From Hydrolagus colliei (Eukaryota): DNA of 64,000 nt. Below the pieces are notes generated by a model. That model saw only the letters and a list, made by a program, of their open reading frames with translations, was not told where the DNA came from and ran no database searches. This document shows, piece after piece, positions 63,922 through 64,000 of the stretch; positions within the stretch are counted from its first letter, which is position 1; every line of letters starts with the position of its first letter. The stretch is from the NCBI GenBank assembly GCA_035084275.1, contig CM068748.1, positions 8,804,001 through 8,868,000 of the forward strand, given 5' to 3'. Both the position numbers and the translations under genes were made by a program.

Positions 63922-64000
63922 TGTGGAGGCCTGTACCTCAGTGGTTAGAGCACTCGCCTTACAAACGAGAGACCTGGGTTTGATTCCCGGGAGGGCGAAA
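63922..64000 (+). mobile_element. SINE head, cut by the window edge
   Basis: GTGGAGGCCTGTACCTCAGTGGTTAGAGCACTCGCC..GGTTTGATTCCC. Confidence 0.8.

Overview
Vertebrate genomic DNA with AT-rich introns and four CpG-island promoters. The repeat content (tRNA-derived SINEs with L2-type tails, L2/CR1 fragments, Deu-domain SINEs) suggests a cartilaginous fish, probably a chimaera; this is inference. The window holds the conserved IPMK-CISD1-UBE2D1-TFAM cluster: IPMK exons 1-5 on the minus strand (last exon lies off the left edge), complete CISD1 (minus, 105 aa), UBE2D1 (plus, 147 aa) and TFAM (plus, about 279 aa). All exons were assembled by hand from splice sites and reading phase. Notable points: IPMK intron 3 has a U12 minor-spliceosome signature; CISD1 is inverted relative to the human arrangement; a fold-back Penelope-like insertion with two degenerate hammerhead-ribozyme cores and a 10-bp TSD sits at the IPMK promoter; a Sola2-type DNA transposon has intact TIRs, a 4-bp TSD and a decayed transposase; there are several hAT and Tigger elements, one apparently with a 5-bp TSD; and inverted SINE pairs flank UBE2D1 exons 2-5. 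I found no clearly new protein-coding system. Most ORFs in the supplied track are artefacts of repeats or low-complexity DNA.
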